A stretch of DNA of 64,000 nucleotides from the human T2T-CHM13v2.0 reference genome, Homo sapiens. Below the pieces are notes generated by a model. It had not been told where the DNA came from and ran no database searches. It was given only the letters and a program-made list of their open reading frames with translations. The position numbers and the translations under genes are program-made. Below are positions 59,115 through 64,000 of this stretch, piece after piece; position 1 is the stretch's first letter; each line of letters starts with the position of its first letter. The stretch is taken from assembly GCF_009914755.1 (NCBI RefSeq), contig NC_060947.1. The stretch is one strand, 5' to 3'.

Positions 59115-60309
59115 AAAAATAGGGGAAAATACTCAAGATATTGGTGTGGGAAAATTTCTTAGGCAATCCCTCACAAGCTCAGGCAATCAAAACAAAAATA
59201 GAGAAATGGGATCACATCAAGTTACAAAGCTTCTGCACAACAAAGTACACAATCAACCCAGTGAAGTGGCTTACTACAGAATGGAAGAAAATATTTTCAA
59301 ACTACCCTTCTGAAAAGAGATCAATAACTAGAATATATAAGGAGCACAAACAACTCTATAGGAAAAAATCTAATAATCAGATCAAAAACTGGGCAAAGTA
59401 TTTGAATAGACGTTTCTCAAAAGGAAACATAGAAAAGGGAAACAGACATATGAAAAGGTACTAATTATCATTGATTATTAGAGAAATGCAAATCAAAACT
59501 ACAATGAGTTATCATCTCTCCTCAGTTGAAATGGCTTATATCCAAAAGACAGAACAATAAATGATACAGAGGTTGTGGAGAAAAGGGAATCCTCATACAC
59601 TGTTGGTGGGAATGGGAATTATTACAACCACTATGGAGAACAGTTTGGAGGTTTCTCAAAAAATTAAAAATAAACTGCTGTATGATCCAGCAATCCCATT
59701 CCTGAGTATATACCCAAAAGAAAGAAATCAGTATATTGAAGAGGTATCTGCATTTCCATGTTTGTCTCAGCACTCTTCCCCATAGCCAGGAGTTGGAGGC
59801 AAATAAATAAATGAGATTCTGTAATTTGCAACAACATGGAAAGAACTGGGCATCACTATGTTAAATAAAATAAGCCAGGCACAGAAAGACAAAAATCACA
59901 TGTTCTCACTTATTTGTGAAATCTAAAAATCAAATCAATTGAACTGATGGACATAGAGTAGAAGGATGGTTACCAGAGACTTGTAAAGGTAGTGGGGGGC
60001 TAGGAGGGTACTCAGGATAATTAATGGGTACAAAACAATAGAAAGAATGAATAGGACCTAATATTTAATAGCACAACAGGGTGGCTATAGTCAATAATAA
60101 GTTAATTGTACATTTAAAAATAACTAAAATAATGTGATTGGATTCCTTATAATAGAAAATATAAGTGCCTGAGGGGATGAATATCTCATTCTCTATGATG
60201 TGCTTATTTCACACTACATGCTTGTATCAAAACATCTCATGTACATTACAAATATATCCACCTACCATGTACCCGCAAAAAATAAAAATTAAAAATTAAA
60301 AAATTATGT

Positions 60310-61970
60310 TTCTATGTGTTACCAATGAACCATATGAAAAGGAAATTGGGAAAACTGTTACATTTATAATAATATCAAAAACATAAAATATTTAAGAATC
60401 AACTTAATAAAAGAAGTGCCAAAACAGTATCCTGGATTGGAATGCAATGCAGCCAAACTGATCTACAGATTCAGCAAAATATTCTATCAATAACCCACCT
60501 ACATTTTACTTTTTCAGAAATGGGCATACCGATCCTAAAATTCTCATGGAAATGCAAAAAAAATGCAAAGTCAAAATGATTTTGAAAAGAACAAACTTGG
60601 AGGAATCTCACTTCCTGATTTCCAACCCTACTACAAAGCAGAAGTCAAGACAGAATAAAATTTAGAGTCAAAAAATAATCCTTTACATTTATAATTAATT
60701 GATTTTTGACAAGGGTGCTAAGACAATTCAATGGGTAAAAACATTCTTTTCAACAATAGTGCTTGAAAAACTGGATATCCACATGCAGATAATGTATGTG
60801 AATACTTTCTTCATAATATCCACAAAAGTTAGCTCAAATGGATTATAGATCCAAATGTAACAATTCAAGTGATAGAATTTTAAAAGAAAACAATTGAGTA
60901 AATGTTTGTGAGCTTGGTTTAGGCAGTGGTTTTTAGACTAAACTCAGAGCAAAGCAACAAAATGAAATCAGATAAAGTGTACCTTAAAATTAAAACCTTT
61001 TTTGTTTCTCAGGCCGCTATCAAATAATGACAGAAAATACTTGCAAATGCTGTATCTGATAAAAATTTTGTATCCAAAATATATAAAGAACGGTTCAAAT
61101 TAACAACAACAACAAAAAAAGCCCAATTTTAAAAATCAGCAAAAGAATTGATTTTTTTTCCCAAGGAGATACAAATAGTTTATAAGCATATGAAAAGCTT
61201 CTCAAGTCTTTAGGGAAATGCAAATCAAAACCACAATGAGATACCACTTTGTGCCTACTAGGAGGGCTATTATATAAATAAAATCTAGGCAATAGCAAAT
61301 GTTAACAAATGTGTGTTGAGATTGCAACCCTGATATATTGCTGGTAGTCATGTAAAATGGTACAGTCACTGTGGAAAATAGTTTGGCAGTTCTTCAAAAT
61401 GTTAAACATAGAGTTAACTCTGTGACCTGGTAATTCCATTCCCAGATATATATTCAAGAGAATTGAAAACATGTTCACACAAAAACTAGTGACTCTTCAT
61501 AGCAATATTATTCCTAATAGCCAATAAACAAGAATAAAGTGCCCATCAGCTGATGGGCAGGAAACAAAAAGTGGTATAATTCATGAAACTGAATAATATT
61601 CAGCAATTAAAAGGAATGAAGTACTGATACATGCAAAGACATGGATGAACCTTGAAAGTATTATGCTTAGAGAAATAAGCCAGACATAAAAGGACAAACA
61701 TTATATGATCCCATTTATATAAAATATCCATAATAAATAAATTCACAGCTATGAAAGGTATATTAGTGGTTGTGTAGGATTGGGGAGAATGAGGGAGGAA
61801 TTCTTAAAAATTGATACAGAGAGTTTGTTTGCTGTGATTAAAATATTTAAAATTAGATATTGGTGATAGTCCAAACTCTACAAGTATACTAAAAGCCACT
61901 GAATTGTATACTTTGAAGTTCTGAATTTTATGGTATGTTAATTATTATCTTAATAAAGCTGCTATTTTAA
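60310..61970 (+). mobile_element. Ancient L1MB/MC 3' portion
   Basis: TTGATTTTTGACAAGGGTGCTAAGACAATTCAATGGG...GGAATGAAGTACTGATACATGC...CCACTGAATTGTATACTTT...TCTTAATAAAGCTG. Confidence 0.85.
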
Positions 61971-62889
61971 AAGATAGGATACAATAAATATGAAAAGAAT
62001 TTCTAATATTTACATCATGAATCCCTTTTAAAGATCACTGAAAAAGGAAATCAGATACAGAATAATTAAAGCAAACTGTCTTCCAGATTGAGATTTTCTG
62101 TGGATCAACTCATGTAATCCTCCAACTTACTCTGTGAAGCAGTTATTGCATTTCTAATTGTTTAAATAAGAAACAACAGCTGAGAGAATTGAAGTACACT
62201 CCTTAAAACTACAAGTAGTGGAGCCAGGTTTTGAATATTGCTCACTAGTTTAATCACCATTTTATATTTGCAGCTGAGCAATACTACTTCTCATATGGAG
62301 CTTGACATTTCTAGATTTTTCAGTGACTTTTCTTTCTTCTGCACCCTTGATCTTTCAACGTCCCCTGCATTATTCCTTTCAAATTGCTTGCCCAGCTTTA
62401 TTTCCCTAATGTCTAGAGTTAATTGTGTCTTTTGGTTAAAGAACCACAGGGGACTTGCTTATCTCCTGGGATCCTTTCTATATCTCTCTCTGTTCCTGTC
62501 TGCCTTCTCTGAGGCCCCAGGAAATCAGTTTGTTTTCTTTTCCTCTTCCTTTTTATTTCTTCAAATAATTCAATTTCTTTTTCATAACTTTTATTCTGAT
62601 TATAAGCAAAATATATGGCCATAGTAGTAATTTTATAAACACACAAAAATGGGATGAAAACTGTACATTCTTATCCTGATGTAATCTACTTTATTTCAAT
62701 TCTTCCCCCTTTCTTTCTCTGCTTATACAAATTGGCATTAAACTGTGTATAAATTTATGAATTGCTTTTTCACTTAATAATATGTCATGATATTATTTGC
62801 ATGCATGGCAATTAGTGATTGCATCATCTTCCATTATATTGATGTTTATATCTTATTTACATTACTACTATGTTTATCTTGTACCCATA

Positions 62890-63726
62890 TTTTTAACAAC
62901 TTTATTGAGATGTAGTTCACATGTTGCATAACATCCACTTAAAGTGCTCATTTTAATGATTTTACGGTATTCATAGACAGGTGTAACTATCACTACGGTC
63001 AATTTTAGAACATTTTCACTAACTTAAAAAAATTCTGTGCCCTTTAGCAATCATACTCATCTATGCATCCGTCCCAGTGGCATCTATAGATATGACTAAT
63101 TTTGTACCCCTATATTTGATTATTATGGAAATTTTGCATAACTGAATTATATAATATGTGATCTTTTCTGACTAGATTATTTCACTTAGGGTAATGTTTT
63201 CAATATTAATTTGTGTTGCAGCATGTATCCGTGCTTCATTCCTTTTTATGGCCATATAACATTTCATTGTAGAGATATACTATATTTTGTTTATCCATTC
63301 ATCAATTCGTGAACATTTTAGCTGTCTTCACTTTTTATTATTGTGGATATGCTTCTATAAACATTCATGTATAAATTTTTTGTTGATTTGTTTATTTTAA
63401 ATTCTATTTTTAAGTGACAAATAACTTTATTGAGTACTATGTGAAGTTTTGATAAATGTTTACAATGTGGAATAATTAAATCAGGCTAATTAACAAATTT
63501 ATTACCTCACATACTTATTTTTTTTTGTGATGAAAACACTACACACATGAACATATGTTTTTAATTCTCTTGGGTTTATACCTAGCAGTGGAGTTGCTGA
63601 GTTAAATGGTAACTCTATTTCTAATGTTTTCAGGAACTATAAAAGTTTTTTTTACAGGGACTTTATCATTTTACATTCCCAACAGCAATGTATGAGGGAT
63701 TAATTTCTCTACATTCTCACCAATAT
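62890..63726 (-). mobile_element. Ancient L1M 3' portion, with a probable short nested L1MA 3' piece at about 63385-63540
   Basis: AACTTTATTGAGATGTAGTTCACA...CCATTCATCAATTCGTGAACATTT...TTTTACATTCCCAACAGCAATGTATGAGG. Confidence 0.75.
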
Positions 63727-64000
63727 TGGCCATCAGAGAAATGCAAATCAAAACCACAATGAGATATCATCTCACACCAGTTAGAATGGCAATCATTAAA
63801 AAGTCAGGAAACAACAGGTGCTGGAGAGGATGTGGAGAAATAGGAACACTTTTACACTGTTGGTGGGACTGTAAACTAGTTCAACCATTGTGGAAGTCAG
63901 TGTGGCGATTCCTCAGGGATCTAGAACTAGAAATACCATTTGACCCAGCCATCCCATTACTGGGTATATACCCAAAGGACTATAAATCATGCTGCTATAA
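63727..64000 (+). mobile_element. 5'-truncated young L1PA, continues beyond the window
   Basis: Near-consensus ORF2 C-terminal sequence TGGCCATCAGAGAAATGCAAATC...GACTATAAATCATGCTGCTATAA starting abruptly within the old L1M. Confidence 0.95.

Larger units (their letters stand above)
52607..60303 (+). mobile_element. Near full-length old L1 (L1MA1-2-like, about 7.7 kb): long 5'UTR, decayed ORF1 (about 54620-55590) and ORF2 (about 56100-59930), 3'UTR and A tail
   Basis: 5' GAGCAAGATGACAGAATAGAAG; ORF2 remnants in track (56398-56610, 59141-59464); 3' end CATGTACCCGCAAAAAATAAAAATT. Confidence 0.9.

Overview
Hominid (human-like) AT-rich genomic DNA with no recognisable protein-coding exon, RNA gene or CpG island. 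Roughly half of the window is LINE-1 in several age layers (L1PA2-like to L1M), with five Alus, MaLR/ERVL/ERV1 LTR elements (including a complete MSTA-type provirus at 20679-23106), MER DNA-transposon fossils, MIR/L2/L3 remnants and microsatellites. Every long ORF in the track is an L1 ORF1/ORF2 or MaLR-internal remnant, or chance. Subfamily names are recalled from consensus sequences by eye, not from RepeatMasker. I see no clearly new biological system. The most unusual signal is a set of four short insertions, each copied from DNA 1.4-2 kb away within this window (19563, 39319, 44127, 56837); two carry fold-back filler and two have microhomology at the junctions, as expected for repair scars. 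Also notable: four clear twin-primed (5'-inverted) L1s, three L1 cDNA ends within about 55 nt of the same ORF2 position, two very short candidate 3' transductions, discordant LTRs on the MSTA provirus, and a compact E-box/ETS/MEF2/TATA/Inr promoter-like cluster at about 11950-12070.
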